This document shows positions 25,899 through 39,703 of a stretch of DNA of 64,000 bases, piece by piece. How positions within the stretch are numbered: position 1 is the stretch's first letter; every line of letters starts with the position of its first letter. The stretch comes from Octopus vulgaris. Its lineage: Eukaryota. The DNA lies in the NCBI GenBank assembly GCA_951406725.2, contig OX597840.1, forward strand, positions 1,922,001 to 1,986,000. The letters run 5' to 3'. The notes below the pieces were generated by a model, which did not search any database, was not told the DNA's origin, and saw only the letters and a program-made list of their open reading frames with translations. The translations under genes and the position numbers were made by a program.

Positions 25899-26106
25899 AA
25901 TTGGCGGACGCACGCAGTTGTCGAGTGGTACCCGCGTGAGCGGAAAAGACCACCCGGAAGACCTCACGACGGTGGAGTGACGATTTCAAGAGGACGATTG
26001 GGATCACGTGGATGAGAAAGGCGCGATCCAGAGAGGAGTGGACAGCGTGCTGTGACCAGCGGTGTCAAATGGACGCCTGACGGACTGGTCGGTCAAAGTG
26101 ATCAAG

Positions 26107-26108
<2 letters not shown>
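25899..26108 (+). mobile_element. 3' end of an RTE-clade LINE
   Basis: Translates as WRTHAVVEWYPRERKRPPGRP / RWSDDFKRTIGITWMRKARSREEW (RTE C-terminal GRP..RW.D motif); embedded in (TA)n. Confidence 0.8.
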
Positions 26109-26147
<39 letters not shown>

Positions 26148-26229
26148 CAGAGGAAGTCATCGTGTCATTATAGGAGAGTCATCATATATGCGTCATTAAA
26201 TGAGCCATAGTGGTGGTTGTTGCAAGTCG

Positions 26230-26560
26230 GCAAGAATGTTTTGGAAAAGAATATTTGGGAAATGTGTGTATCATTAAGGTTGGTATTCTTGTAGAAATGG
26301 ACTGTGTAGAGATATTATATGTATAGCGTTTATGGGGTGAAAGTGAGGGAAATATACGTCTGTGTTCGCAAGTTTTCTTTCTGTTATGTTTGGTTAAATT
26401 CTTGGGACATTTGTGTATGCATGCTGTGTATGTTGGGGCACCATATGTCATTGAAGGATAACAGTCCGTTTGTGACTGTTCTATTTAGTTTTCTTTCAAC
26501 AATTTTTTATGTACAATGGTAGCATGCCCCAAGTAATTAGCTCTGGTTGATACTAGTAAT
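26230..26560 (-). mobile_element. Possible very old LINE RT C-terminal fragment
   Basis: PSMTYGAPTY resembles the RP.MTY..P.W motif of Jockey/I-group RTs; otherwise degraded. Confidence 0.35.
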
Positions 26561-26680
26561 TTTCAGGTAGTTTAATATATTCAAATCAACACCTAGCATC
26601 ACAGCATTGTACTTTTGAAATATCTTCTCACGCATGGGTGACATTAAAGAGATGGACGTCATTGTTAGTTTTAATATATA

Positions 26681-27870
26681 CACAAGGGTTGAAGAAAATA
26701 ATGGAAACACCTAGCATCATAATTTTGAAATATCTATAAAACCGTCAAAAACTTGTTTATTTTCATGTTGTTTGATTTATTATTAGTGTTGCTTAATATG
26801 TTTTGCTAAAATTGCTGTTTCTTTTCAGATATCTTCTGGAAAAGGTGATTAAAATTCATTAAAATTACAGATGTATCGAACTTTCAAAGATGTGAAATTG
26901 TTGGTGCTCTATGGCAGGCGCTACCGTAACGAAAACAGCCAAAATGTTTGGTGTTTGAAGAAGTACTGTCTCGAAGGTAATGACAGCCTTTGAGAAAGAG
27001 GGAAAAATCTCCTCGTCGAAGCAAAACTCCGCAAGATAACCAAACCTTTCACCTCCAAATATTACTGCATTCTTCATGACCACCTTGAGAACCTAGTTTC
27101 CACAAAAGCTGTACGCTGGGGTCTGCACAAAGCCGGATTTCACGGGAGGGCTGCAATCAGGAAACCACTACTTTCAAAGCCAAAAGTTACAAGGCATTTA
27201 GAGTGGAGTAAAAACCTACAAAATTGGTCCCTATAGCAGTAGATGAATGTTATTTTCTCGGGCGAGTCATCCTTTACCCTATTTCTGACCACCGGCGAAA
27301 TATACGTGTGGAGACAGCCAAAAGAAATATTTGACCCAGATTGCTTTCTTCCAACAGTTAGACATAGAGGAGGATATGTGATATCTGGTGAGGGGGGGGC
27401 TATATCTTGGAAATCCACGGGCCCAGTAGTTCCCCTTCATGGCATAATTAATAGTCATTACTATTCAAGCATTGTATCTGATCAAATTCATCCAATGTTT
27501 GCAGAACTGTTACCGGAGGGAAACGCAATGTTTCAGGATGATAATGCACCAATTCACACAGCTAAAGCTCTTACTGAGTGGCGCGAGGAACATTCTAGTG
27601 AAGTTGAACAGCTTATCTGTCCACCACAGTCCCCAGATTTCAATGTTATTGAACATTTATGGTGCATTTTAGAAAGACAAGTAAGGAGACGATATCCTCC
27701 ACCATCGTCACTACAAAAACTAGGGGCTGTTTTAGTTGAAGAATGGACAAAAATTACGTTGGAAACAATTCAAAATTTGTAGGAGTCCATATCTTGTAGA
27801 ACTCAAGCAATTAAAACGAATGTGTTTGAAATTATATGGTATTTCCATTATTTTGTCCAACACCTCTATG
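26681..27870 (+). mobile_element. Tc1-like DNA transposon, decayed
   Basis: TA flanks; imperfect ~30-bp TIRs cacaagggttgaagaaaataatggaaacacc / ggtatttccattattttgtccaacacctctatg. Confidence 0.9.
26870..27782 (+). pseudogene. Tc1 DD34E-type transposase pseudogene
   Basis: ORF 27243..27782: VIFSGES (first D mutated), FQDDNAPIH, SPDFNVIEHLW. The upstream HTH part is broken by stops and frameshifts. Confidence 0.9.
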
Positions 27871-27874
27871 TATA

Positions 27875-28070
27875 TCGCCATTATAGATCGTTAGCCACTA
27901 CACATTTTTTCTCTCCTTGTTTCTCTCCTTGTTTTTTCTGTGTCCCTTTCTGTAGAAGAGCGTAGACTCGAAACGTAAAAGACTTTTTCTATTCCCGAGC
28001 GTTATACTAATACATCTGTTTGTTTTGTACACTACCTGTCGTCGTCTTGCTTTTTTCGTAAACTCTTCCT
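27875..28070 (+). mobile_element. Short PLE-terminal-like repeat with variant hammerhead
   Basis: cttt CTGTAGA agagcgtagactc GAAA cg TA aaag at 27946-27981; aligns with 4310-4480; ends at (TA)n. Confidence 0.7.
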
Positions 28071-28437
28071 ATATATATATATATATATATATACGCACAC
28101 ACAAACAAGCACACATAAAAATGTATGCGTGCATCTACGTGTGTGTGATATGTTTTATTGTCATATATAGAGAGGGTGATATCGAATAAAACGGCAATAG
28201 GGAAATACCATGAGAAAGAGGAATAGATACAGGGAGTCAGAGAAAGAGAGAGAGAGAGAGAAAGAGACAGACAGACAGACGATCAGACTGACAGAGTGAC
28301 AGTGGACACAGGGACATAAATAAAGAACGAGAGAACGAAAAAGATCAGCCACACAGAAAGTTGTTTCAAAATAAACAAAATCAGTAATATAGACGAAGGA
28401 ATTAAACAAACACAGAGGGTTTAAAACAAAAACACAA

Positions 28438-28496
<59 letters not shown>

Positions 28497-28684
28497 ATAT
28501 GCATTTCCATATATATATATATGTATTCATCTGTGAAGCGACATACATAGGTACATAAAAAATATATATGTAACCGTTCACACATCTATTTGTAAAAGGT
28601 CAGTTACACATACGTATATATATGTATATATGTGTATGTATCTAGGATTTACCATACGGCTAGCACACACGCACACACACACAA

Positions 28685-28734
<50 letters not shown>

Positions 28735-28780
28735 ATATACATATATAGACAGATAGATAGATATATATATATATATACAT

Positions 28781-28814
<34 letters not shown>

Positions 28815-28896
28815 AAATATAAATAGATGAATGTAAATATATGTATATCTCTCGGTCACTCTGTCCAATTTGTCTCCTTCTCTCTCTCTCTCTGTG

Positions 28897-28984
<88 letters not shown>

Positions 28985-29335
28985 TTGTGTCCACAAGGCA
29001 TATATAAAAACAGAGGAGCAGAGCAGATAAATATTGGTTGCGAGGAATTGTTTATGCGTTGTAGATAAGCGATGTTTTAATATTCTGGTTAGCAAAGCAG
29101 AACATTATTATGTTAAGTATCTCTATGTCGGCTATGTTGTTAATATTGTCTCTACAAGGCAAAAGCCCCACAAAAAATAAATGTTGAAAATATACCAGCA
29201 ACAAAAAAAAAAATAATAATAAAAAAATATACGGGCCAAAATGTATTATGTTGACACGACATATCGCCTGTGTAACGAAGGATATCATGCGACAGAACGC
29301 ACTTTAAGTCATACGTACTATTATACAATGTATAC

Positions 29336-29424
<89 letters not shown>

Positions 29425-29544
29425 TATATATATATATATATGTATATATATGTATATATATATATATATATATATGTAGTTCCCGGGTTGATACGGGGTT
29501 AACCACAGTAAGTAAGGTACTCAATACATAGCAGAGTAAAATTA

Positions 29545-29673
29545 ATTTATTATATAGAAGGAGCTTCTACAGGACTAGTACTGTTTCATTCAAGAGAAAT
29601 CTTCAGGAAGCTTCCTGAAGATTTCTCTTGAATGAGCAGTACTAGTCCTGTAGAAGCTCCTTCTATATAATAA

Positions 29674-29675
<2 letters not shown>
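29545..29675. repeat. Spacerless ~65-bp-arm palindrome built from a hammerhead element
   Basis: Centre gaag|cttc at 29610/29611. Arms match except gaaacag vs gagcag. Confidence 0.95.
29562..29612 (-). ncRNA. Type I hammerhead ribozyme motif (mutated twin on + strand at 29609-29658)
   Basis: agcttc CTGAAGA tttctcttgaat GAAA cag tactagtc ctg TA gaagct. Confidence 0.8.
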
Positions 29676-29706
<31 letters not shown>

Positions 29707-30079
29707 ATCAAAATGAGGGTGAAATACTGTATATGTATTTATATATATATATATATATATGTTTGTATGTATGTATGTATATATGTACGTATATGTGTGT
29801 TTGTGTAAATATGTATATAATTGTATACTGATACTAGTATAAATGCGTGTGTGTGCGCGTGCATCTGTGCGTTTGTGTGTGTGTGTGTGTGCATGTGCGT
29901 GCATGTGTGTGTGTGTGAGAGGTTGAGCGCACACGTGTGTGTACGCCGCATTTTTCTATGTTCTGTGTCAGACCAATCTCATATCAGAAGTGTATCATTG
30001 GATTCACTCCGTTGAATAAACTACTGAGATCAAACTGCTTAGTCTATACGAAGAATGGAAGCTTCCTCTTTCACACTAT

Positions 30080-30122
<43 letters not shown>

Positions 30123-30251
30123 ATATATACATATATATACATGTATATATACATACATATATGTGCATACATACATATATATATATGTATATATACATGC
30201 ATATATGGATACAGGACATAAAAAAACGTGAACAATATATGCGTATTAGTG

Positions 30252-30592
30252 TGAAGGCGAAGGGCTTAGTGGTTAGAGCTTCGAGTTTACGATCGTGAGA
30301 TAGTGAGTTCGATTCTCGGACCGCGCTGCATGTTATGTTCTGGAGCAAGACACTTTATTTCGCGTTGCTCCAGTTGTGGAGAGGGGAGGCCGGTATGCTG
30401 GCAGAAACGTTAGCACGCCGGGCGAAATGCGTAGCCGTATTTCGTCTGTGTTTAGCCCCTTGTGGTTAGTAAAGACATAGGTATGCATGGATGACTGCTG
30501 GTTTTCCATACACAACCCTGCCCGGACTTGTGCCTTGGAGGGTAACATTCTATGTGCAATCCCATGGTCAGTTATGACCGAAGGGGTTCTCA
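30252..30592 (+). mobile_element. SINE family E with a nested, internally deleted SINE B fragment (~30395-30482)
   Basis: tRNA-like head gcttagtggttagagc...gagttcgattc; nested gctggcagaaacgttagcacgccgggcgaaatg...tttagcccct. Confidence 0.7.
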
Positions 30593-30640
<48 letters not shown>

Positions 30641-30650
<10 letters not shown>

Positions 30651-31081
30651 TTAGAGACAAAACCACTATTATGCAAATCAAACAAAGAAAGACTTAATCC
30701 AATACATAAAAAAATTTATATAAATTAAATAAAATTAAATTAGCCACTACAATTGTTTCGTGTCTCTTCTAAGGACATTCATCAGGTGGTTTTCAAAGTT
30801 ATTATTTAATATATTGATAATTTTGTATATTGAGTGTAATACCTCAATTTCGTAAATTATGGAATTTACAGGTAAGATAGAACCGCTATTTTGGAATTCA
30901 TCTTTGAAAGATATTCCTATACCTTCTAGAAAGGATGTATTGGATTAAGTCTTTCTTTGTTTGATTTGCATAATAGTGGTTTTGTCTCCAATTAATATTA
31001 TATAATATTTTACTATAAAATTGGATTAAATCCTAAATCTGATTTTTCCCTGTAAATTTGGATTTATTCCCTAATATTTAT

Positions 31082-31083
<2 letters not shown>
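30641..31083. mobile_element. (TA)n-embedded element with 67-bp inverted repeat and hammerhead
   Basis: 30641-30707 is the near-perfect reverse complement of 30935-31001; (TA)n on both sides. Confidence 0.8.
30744..30789 (-). ncRNA. Type I hammerhead ribozyme motif
   Basis: ccac CTGATGA atgtc cttagaaga gacac GAAA caattg TA gtgg; palindromic helix III. Confidence 0.85.
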
Positions 31084-31140
<57 letters not shown>

Positions 31141-31162
31141 CAGCATATATATATATATATAT

Positions 31163-31560
31163 TTCTCTTTCTCTTTTACTTGTTTCAGTCATTTGACTGC
31201 GGCCATGCTGGAGCACCGCCTTTTAGTCGCGCAAATCAACCCCAGGACTTATTCTTTGTAAGCCTAGTACTTATCCTATCGGTCTCTTTTGCCGAACCGC
31301 TAAGTAACGAGGACGTAAACACACCGGCATCGGTTGTCAAGCGATGTTGGGGAGACAAACACAGACACACAAACACACACACACATATATATATATACAT
31401 ATATACGACGGGCTTCTTTCAGATTCCGTCTACCAAATCCACTCACAAGGCTTTGGTCGGCCCGAGGCTATAGTAGAAGACACTTGCCTAAGGTGCCACG
31501 CAGTGGGACTGAACCCGGAACTGTGTGGTTGGTAAGCAAGCTACTTACCACACAGCCACG
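31163..31560 (-). mobile_element. SINE family A
   Basis: Near full-length reverse complement of 50064-50462. Confidence 0.9.
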
Positions 31561-31574
31561 TATATATTCTTTTA

Positions 31575-31880
31575 TTTATTTACTTGTTTTTCAGTCATTT
31601 CACTGCAGTCATGCTGGAGCACATACTTTAGTCGAAGAAATCGCTCACTTTTGCCGAACCGCTAGCTTTCGAGAACGTAAGCATACAAACACCAGTGTCA
31701 ATCGATGGGGTTGGAAAATACAGATACACAAACCCACAAACTCACACACACACGCACGCATACACACACAAACACACACACACAAACACACACATATATA
31801 TATATATATACGACGGGTTTCTATCTATTTCTAAATCCACTCACAAGGCTTTGGTTGGCCCAAGACTATAGTAGAAGACA
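31575..31880 (-). mobile_element. SINE family A, degraded
   Basis: cagtcattt...catgctggagca...aaatccactcacaaggctttgg. Confidence 0.75.
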
Positions 31881-31884
31881 TTTC

Positions 31885-32050
31885 TCTCTTTTTATTCTTT
31901 CTCTGTTTATTCCCTCTTGTTCGTTTCCGTTGAAGAGCGTAGGATGGAAACGTAAAAGACTTTCTCATCTGCCGGAGCGTGAAACTAGTACACCCGATTA
32001 TTGTTTATACACCTGTCTTTGTCTTTTGTTTTTCCGTAAATTTCAATTAT
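31885..32050 (+). repeat. Diverged copy of the CTGTAGA-hammerhead repeat family
   Basis: ttt CCGTTGA agagcgtaggatg GAAA cg TA aaagactttc...gagcgt. Confidence 0.55.
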
Positions 32051-32319
32051 ATATACTCACACACACATATACATGCATGCATAGACAGGTGGATTGATAG
32101 ATACATACATATTTTCCACATGTACTGAGATCTCTTATATCTAACAACGTGCATATTGTTATGTTTTTGTTTTCTTTTTTCTTTCTTTTTTCTTACATAT
32201 GACACGCCTTGATTAAGGAGATTTTAATGGAACGAATCACATCTAGGGTGCGCTTTTTGATGCCTGGTACTTATTGTAACGCGCTCTTTGTCTAAGTTAC
32301 TATACACAGACACATGCAT

Positions 32320-32422
32320 TGTCTGAAACCCCCAACAGAATGCATACCAACTGTGGGCATCTATCATACTCTGAACGTCTTGCTTCGCTGCGCATGGACA
32401 CATTGAATCTCAGACGTCTGGC
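32320..32422 (+). mobile_element. CR1-group LINE RT C-terminal fragment
   Basis: HLSYSERLASLRMDTLNLRRL. Confidence 0.6.
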
Positions 32423-32423
32423 C

Positions 32424-32793
32424 TGCTTACCTAACACATGCTTCCGGGTTCAGTCCCACTGCGTGGCACCTTGGGCAAGTGTCTTCTACTATAGCCTCAG
32501 GACGACCAAAGCCTTGTGAGTGGATTTGGTAGATGGAAACTGAAAGAAGTCCATCATATATATGTATATATGTATATGTATGTGTGTGTATATGTTTGTG
32601 TGTCTGTGTTTGACCCCAACATCACTTGACAACCGATGCTGGTGTGTTTATGTCCCTGTAACTTAGCGGTTCGGCGACAGAGACCGATAGAATAAGTACT
32701 AGGCATACAAAGAATAAGTCCTGGGGTCGATTTGCTCGACTGAAGGCGGTGCTCCAGCATGGCCACACTCAAATGACTGAAACAAGTGAAAGA
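32424..32793 (+). mobile_element. SINE family A
   Basis: ccgggttcagtcccactgcgtggcaccttgggcaagt...aaatgactgaaacaag. Confidence 0.9.
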
Positions 32794-33489
32794 AAGCCTG
32801 CAAAGGATATCATTCCATTTCCTGTTATATCTACACTAGCCAAAATATTCTCACGAATAATAAAGTTTCTATTACTCATGCTTTTTGCTAACATTTCCAA
32901 TCGATATCTCCACATTTGATGATAATCTATAAGCGTTTTACTCTTTTTTATCCTTAGTTCCTGTTAATATGTTGCGATGTAATTAAAATATTATTCCTTG
33001 TTCTTTCCAATCTCTGTTTGTGAAATTTATTATTTTAAATATTTTTCGATTTTCTTTGTGTGTGGAGGCGCGATGGGGTTCTTTTCGTCTGGGTGTGAAT
33101 TAAGCGTAGTAATTCTTGTTTTGTTTTTTTCATGTCTGTGATTTGAAGGAGGGAATAAAATTTGCCCAAAAATAAAGCACACAATTTTTTTTACCTTTGT
33201 CTATCCCTACAGGAGGAGACATGAAGCAGTAGGAAGTTATCTTTATGGAAGTATTTTTGGTAAAAGAATCTATACCATCTAATAAAATAGGTTTTATTTT
33301 TTTTTTTCTCACTTATTCTTTCGAGAACTAGTAGTAAACAACGTCTAGTAGACCGCAGTGAATGAGTGAATTACAACAACAAAATCAACAACAAAAAGAA
33401 AAATGATAATGATAATAATAATGTTGATAAATATAACGATAACAATAACAATAATAATTACAATAATGATGATGATAATACTAATAATA

Positions 33490-33543
33490 TTCGCATACCT
33501 TACCCTAGTGGCACTTTGATGGCATGCATTGCTCTCTCAATCA
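33490..33543 (+). mobile_element. 3' fragment of the (TAA)n-associated element
   Basis: Matches 41929-41981 (cactttgatggcatg...gctctctca); AAT-type repeats on both sides. Confidence 0.7.
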
Positions 33544-33548
33544 ATCAA

Positions 33549-33578
33549 TGATAATAATAATAATAAGAATAAGAATAA

Positions 33579-33669
<91 letters not shown>

Positions 33670-33837
33670 AAGAAGGGGTAAGAGGAGGAGAAGAAGAAGA
33701 AAAAGAAGAAGACGAAGGATGAGGAGGAGGAGGAGGAGGAGCAGAAGGAGGAGGAGAAGAAGGAAGAAGAAGAAGAAGAAGAAGAAGAAGAAGAAGGAGA
33801 AGAAGAAGAAGAAGAAGAAGAAGAAGAAGAAGAAGAA

Positions 33838-33869
<32 letters not shown>

Positions 33870-33870
33870 A
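33549..33870. repeat. (AAT)n-(GAA)n compound microsatellite
   Basis: Directly visible. Confidence 0.95.
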
Positions 33871-34179
33871 GTATCCTTTATAATATAGACAGGACACCAG
33901 CAACATTTGCTGAGGGTTTAAAGGATTACATCAACTCCAATACTTGACCATATGGTTCTATGTATACATGGATCTTTCGCTTTGACCGGCAGATTTTTAA
34001 AATAATTTCTTTGTAACTAAACACTTTTAAACTTCGTATACTGGTAGAATGTGTTTATAAAACAACTTTTTTCTCTTGGCTTTATTGAGAAGATTCTATA
34101 GTTTGTAAGATATTTCTTGTTAATTTTCTTGCATTTCGACAATTTCGGCAATGCGTTCGCATTGTTTTAACCTTCAAAT

Positions 34180-34390
34180 GACGCCACCCCGCTGGCTAAG
34201 TGAGCGGGCCAACAGAAGAAAGATTGAGAGAAGGTTGCGGCAAATGAGTACAGCAGGGATGGCCACCACCTCCTGCCGGAGTTTCGTGGGGCCTTAGGTG
34301 TTTTCGCTCAGCAAACACACACAACGCCCGAAACCACGATCCAACGACCGCGAGTCCGCGGCCATAATCCGTGGGTCATTTTCGCCTCCA
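34180..34390 (-). mobile_element. SINE family D head/body fragment
   Basis: Reverse complement resembles 42777-42960 (gactcgcggtc...gagcgaaaacacctaa...atccctgctgtactc). Confidence 0.7.
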
Positions 34391-34395
34391 CACAA

Positions 34396-34444
<49 letters not shown>

Positions 34445-34448
<4 letters not shown>

Positions 34449-34755
34449 GGGCTTCTACTATAGCTGGGGCCGACCAAAGCCCGAGTGGATTTGGTACACG
34501 GAAACGGAAAGAAGCCTGTCCTATGTATATATATATATGTATATATATGTATGCATATGTATATGTACGTACGTTTGTCTATCTGTGTGTCCAGCATCGT
34601 TTGACAACTGATGCTAGTCTGTTTACCTCCCCTTAACTTAGCAGTTCGGCAATAAAGCCGATATAATAAGCACTAGGCTTGAAAATTCTAAGCCCTAGGA
34701 TCGAATAAGGACTGTGCTCCAGCAAGCCCGCAGTCAAATAACTGAAACTAAAGAA
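34445..34755 (+). mobile_element. SINE family A, diverged
   Basis: cttctactatagc...gccgaccaaagcc...taacttagcagttcggcaa...cagtcaaataactgaaac. Confidence 0.75.
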
Positions 34756-34815
34756 CAAAAAAATATACACACACACATACACACACTCACACACATGCAT
34801 ACACACACACACACA

Positions 34816-34858
<43 letters not shown>

Positions 34859-35176
34859 TCCTACCCGGCCAGCGAGCATGTACAGTAGAAAACGCTTGTG
34901 TCAGTTGCCATGAAGTCGGACTGAACCCGGAATCACGTGGCTACAAAGAATAAGAAATGATTTCATTTATTTTGCAAAAATCCGCAAATATTAAAAAGAT
35001 TTCTGAGGATAGTAATGAGTTATTTCTTCAATAATTTGTCGAATTTATTAATATCTGGCTCATGCTTGACTTGCCAAGATGATCACCATTTTGATTTTTG
35101 CTTAGGAACATCTAGCAATATCATGAATCCGAAAACAATAACAAAAACAACAACAACACATATACACTTCTAAATA

Positions 35177-35252
<76 letters not shown>

Positions 35253-35335
35253 TGGACTGCTGCTTCTGCTGCTGCTATTATTGAAAATAGAACTGTTAAA
35301 ATAACTGTTAGAAAAAGGATCAGGAGCTGCGGCGC

Positions 35336-35418
<83 letters not shown>

Positions 35419-35491
35419 ACTACGATGGGGAGTGCTACTATTACACCTTTTATTTCTTCTGCAACTACTACGATTAACAATAGGGATAACA

Positions 35492-35529
<38 letters not shown>

Positions 35530-35591
35530 GAAGAAGAAGAAGAAGAAGAAGAAGAAGAAGAAGAAGAAGAAGAAAAACAATAATAATAATT

Positions 35592-35639
<48 letters not shown>

Positions 35640-35770
35640 GCAACAACAACAATAATAATAATCGTAATGGTGGTGACGCTGTCGAAAGAGGGTTAACAAT
35701 ACAAGCAACAATAGAGCAGCAAAGAAGATGATGAGGTGCAGGTGGAGGAGATGATAATGATTATGATGAT

Positions 35771-35837
<67 letters not shown>

Positions 35838-36026
35838 TAATAATAATAATAATAATAATAATGATAATAATGATAATAATAATAATAATAATAATAACAA
35901 TGAATTTTTTCTCGCTGGCTGACATTCATTATTTATTTTAATGATTAGCAAATTATTTGACAAGAATTAAATTGGCTTTTCTTATTTCTTGAGGGCACTT
36001 AATTAGTAAGTAATAGCTATAGACTG

Positions 36027-36498
36027 CATCAATCATCATCAGCATCAGCATTATCGACGTCGTCATGATGATGATGATCATCATCCACGCCATCGTCATC
36101 ATCATCATCATCATCATCATCACCACAATTATCTTCATCATAGTCATAACTGTGATGATAATCACCATCACCGTCATTAACAGCATCGTACTAATTATCA
36201 CGAGTCTCAACATCTTCATGATTATCATCATTTTCATCGGTGGCATCTTCATCTTCATCGGCATCATCATCATCATCGCTGTCCTCATCATCTCAAGTTC
36301 CGCCCTCTTCATCCGCTTCATATGCAATACTACCCTTTTTACCACAAATAATTATCGCCATAGTTTTTTTGTCATCACCGTCTTTTATATTATCACTAAT
36401 CCCCTTCCGTATCGTCCTCATCATCACCAATGCCAGTAGAACAACAACGCCCAACTCTACCAACGACATCATCAGCACTATCTTCATCGTCGTCATCG

Positions 36499-36545
<47 letters not shown>

Positions 36546-37230
36546 TTCATCGTCGTCATCATAATCATAATCATCATCATCATCATTATCATCATCATTA
36601 TGCTCAGCATCAACTTCATCACGATTAACATTGTCATAAACATCATCATCAATATCAACATCATCAACATCATCATCACCACAGCCACCACCACCACCAC
36701 CACTACCACCATCATCATTATCATCATCACCATCATCAACATCACCATCATCATCATCATCACCACAACCACCGCCAACACCATCACCACCACCAACAAC
36801 ATCATCATCATCATCACCGTTATCATCATCATCACCACAACCACCGCCAGCACCTCCACCATCACCACCACCACCACTACCATCATCATCATCCTCATCA
36901 TCATCACCACAACCACCGACACCACCACCACCACCACCACCATCACCACCATCATCATCATCACTACAACCACCGCCAGCACCTCCATCACCACCACCAC
37001 CACCACCACCACCACCATCATCATCATCCTCATCATCTTCATCATCATCACCACAACCACCGACACCATCACCAACACCACCACTATCATCATCACCATC
37101 ATCATCATTGCCAATGTTACTCTCTTCCACGCAATCCATTTTCGTTCATTTACCAAAACTTCCACCTTTTCCTTGACGTTCATATTCATCATCCATGCAA
37201 CTGCCACCGCTACTCCAACCAATTCTCATC
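36027..37230. repeat. (CAT/CAC)n cryptic trinucleotide array
   Basis: Directly visible; a second array lies at ~37530-37968. Confidence 0.9.
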
Positions 37231-37273
37231 AGTACCTTTCTTAACATTATGACGTTACATTCCATAGGACACG

Positions 37274-37343
<70 letters not shown>

Positions 37344-37968
37344 GATATATGTATGTATATATGTATATATATGTAGGTATATGTATGTATGTGTATATGC
37401 ATATACATATATGTATATATGTATGTGCATATGTGTATATATATGTATATATATACACATATATAAGCATCACCATCATACTGAAGTCAAAGATCGTCAC
37501 GATTACCTAATCTTGATAAATCATCAACTCCATCATGATCGTGATAGTCACCGTAATTGCTGTCATCGTCGTCGTTGTCATCACCGTCTTTGTCATCTTC
37601 GTCATCACCATTATCTTCATCATCATCATCATCATCACCATCTTCATCATCACCTTTATCATCATCAACATTATCGTCGTCGTCTTCATTGTCATCGTTG
37701 TCGTCTTCCGCATCCTCATCATCATCTCCATCAACATCATTGTCGTCGTCGTTGTCATCCTTGACGTTTTCCTCATCCTCATCATCATCTTCATCATCAT
37801 CTCCATCAACATCATTGTCGTCGTCGTCGTCATCCTGCTCCTCATCATCATTCTCAACGTCGTCATCACCATTATTATCACCATCACAATCATCATCAAC
37901 ATCATCGTTCGTCGTGGTCGTCATTGTCATCATCCTCATCATCATTTCCATCGTCATCGTCAACATCA

Positions 37969-38325
37969 CCAGTTAAAATTTTCTTGTGGTCCAGTAGCCC
38001 ATTCCATTCAAATAGTCCTTGAATAAGGATTAAGGATGTCGAATGAACCACCCATGTTTCCAAAGATGAATTATTCAAATCCCAAAGAATTCCTCTTAAC
38101 ACATGGCTAAGATGCTACCCCACTACTTCTGCTCGTTGTCAGAGATGCACATATCGTCAGCCACTAAGGGACATGCTCAACTGGTTATAGTCAAGCAACT
38201 GACAAGCAAACCTGTTGTATTGAACAGAATATTTATACTAAGACAAAACAACGTACATGATAACACTTCCAATCAGTTAAGATCAGAAGCCACGAGTGCC
38301 ACTGCCTGGCACTGCATCAGGGCAT
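37969..38325 (-). mobile_element. (TAA)n-associated element, partial copy
   Basis: Reverse complement of 41426-~41803; abuts (TTA)n at 38326. Confidence 0.85.
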
Positions 38326-38367
38326 TATTATTATTATTATTATTTTATTATTATTATTATTATTAAA

Positions 38368-38471
<104 letters not shown>

Positions 38472-38530
38472 TATTAATATTATTATTATTATTATTATTA
38501 TTATTTTTATTATTTTTATTATTATTATTA

Positions 38531-38586
<56 letters not shown>

Positions 38587-38877
38587 TTATTATTTTATTA
38601 TTATTATTATTTTATTATTATTATTATTATTATTACAAGAATAACAACGATGACATTGATAATGACGGTGATGATGATGATGGTAGTGGTGATGGTGGTT
38701 GTGGTAGTGCAGATGGTGTTGATATTGGTGTTGATGGTGGTGGTGTTAAGCGGATCTGTGTGTGACCGTCACAACCGTTATTAGAGAGTGTGAAAGGAGA
38801 GAAATCAAAGTATATGTCACAAGATATATTTAGAAGAAGGGGAGGAGGAGGAGAAAATACAGTTGTAAGAAAAATAC

Positions 38878-38917
<40 letters not shown>

Positions 38918-39066
38918 TGACGTGGTGTGTTTGTGTGTCTACGATAGGTATGTATGTATGTATGTATGTATGTATGTATGTAGGTAGGTAGGTAGGTAGG
39001 TAGGTAGGTAGGTAGGTAGGTAGGTAATGTTGCTACCTTATTAACTAACAAGTTTTGATTCAAAAG

Positions 39067-39285
39067 TGAAGGCCCGTGGCTTAGTGGTTAAGGTGTCAGC
39101 ATCATGATCGTAAGATTGTGGTTTCGATTCCAGGACCGGGCGACGCGTTGTGTTCTTGAGCAAAACACTGGCAAAGATGAGTAACGCTGCGATGGATTGG
39201 CGTCCCGTCCAGCTGGGGAACACATACACCACAGAAACCAGGAAACCGGGCCCATGAGCCTGGCTAGGCTTTAAAACGGCGCATT
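39067..39285 (+). mobile_element. tRNA-headed SINE with V-domain-like body
   Basis: tggcttagtggttaagg...ggtttcgattcc; ctgcgatggattggcgtcccgtccag...gaaaccgggcccatgagcc. Confidence 0.75.
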
Positions 39286-39703
39286 TATTTTTTTTAATCT
39301 TTATTTTATTTGATTGAAAACCTAGCAACAGTAAGTGCAAGTCTGTGAACATAACGCAACACAGCTTCCAAAATGACATTCATTATATAATAATATAGAT
39401 CGTTATTTCCTTTTGGTTGTTTTTCAGTGTGTGTGTGTGTGAACGTGTATCTGAGTCTGTGTTTCTTTATGTCCTTCAACATAGACACAACGCAACACAT
39501 GATTTAAAAAAAGAATTTCGGTATAATGACAGGTTGTTGAGATAGAATTTCAGTGACAGAGGGGGAGATATATAGATATATAGATAGATAGAGAGAGAGA
39601 GAGAGATTCTGAACGTGTGTTGTGTGTTGTGTGTATGTGTGTGTGTTGTGTGTGTGTAAATGAAAGGATTAAAATACGTTTCGAGAAAACACAGTTTGCT
39701 TTT

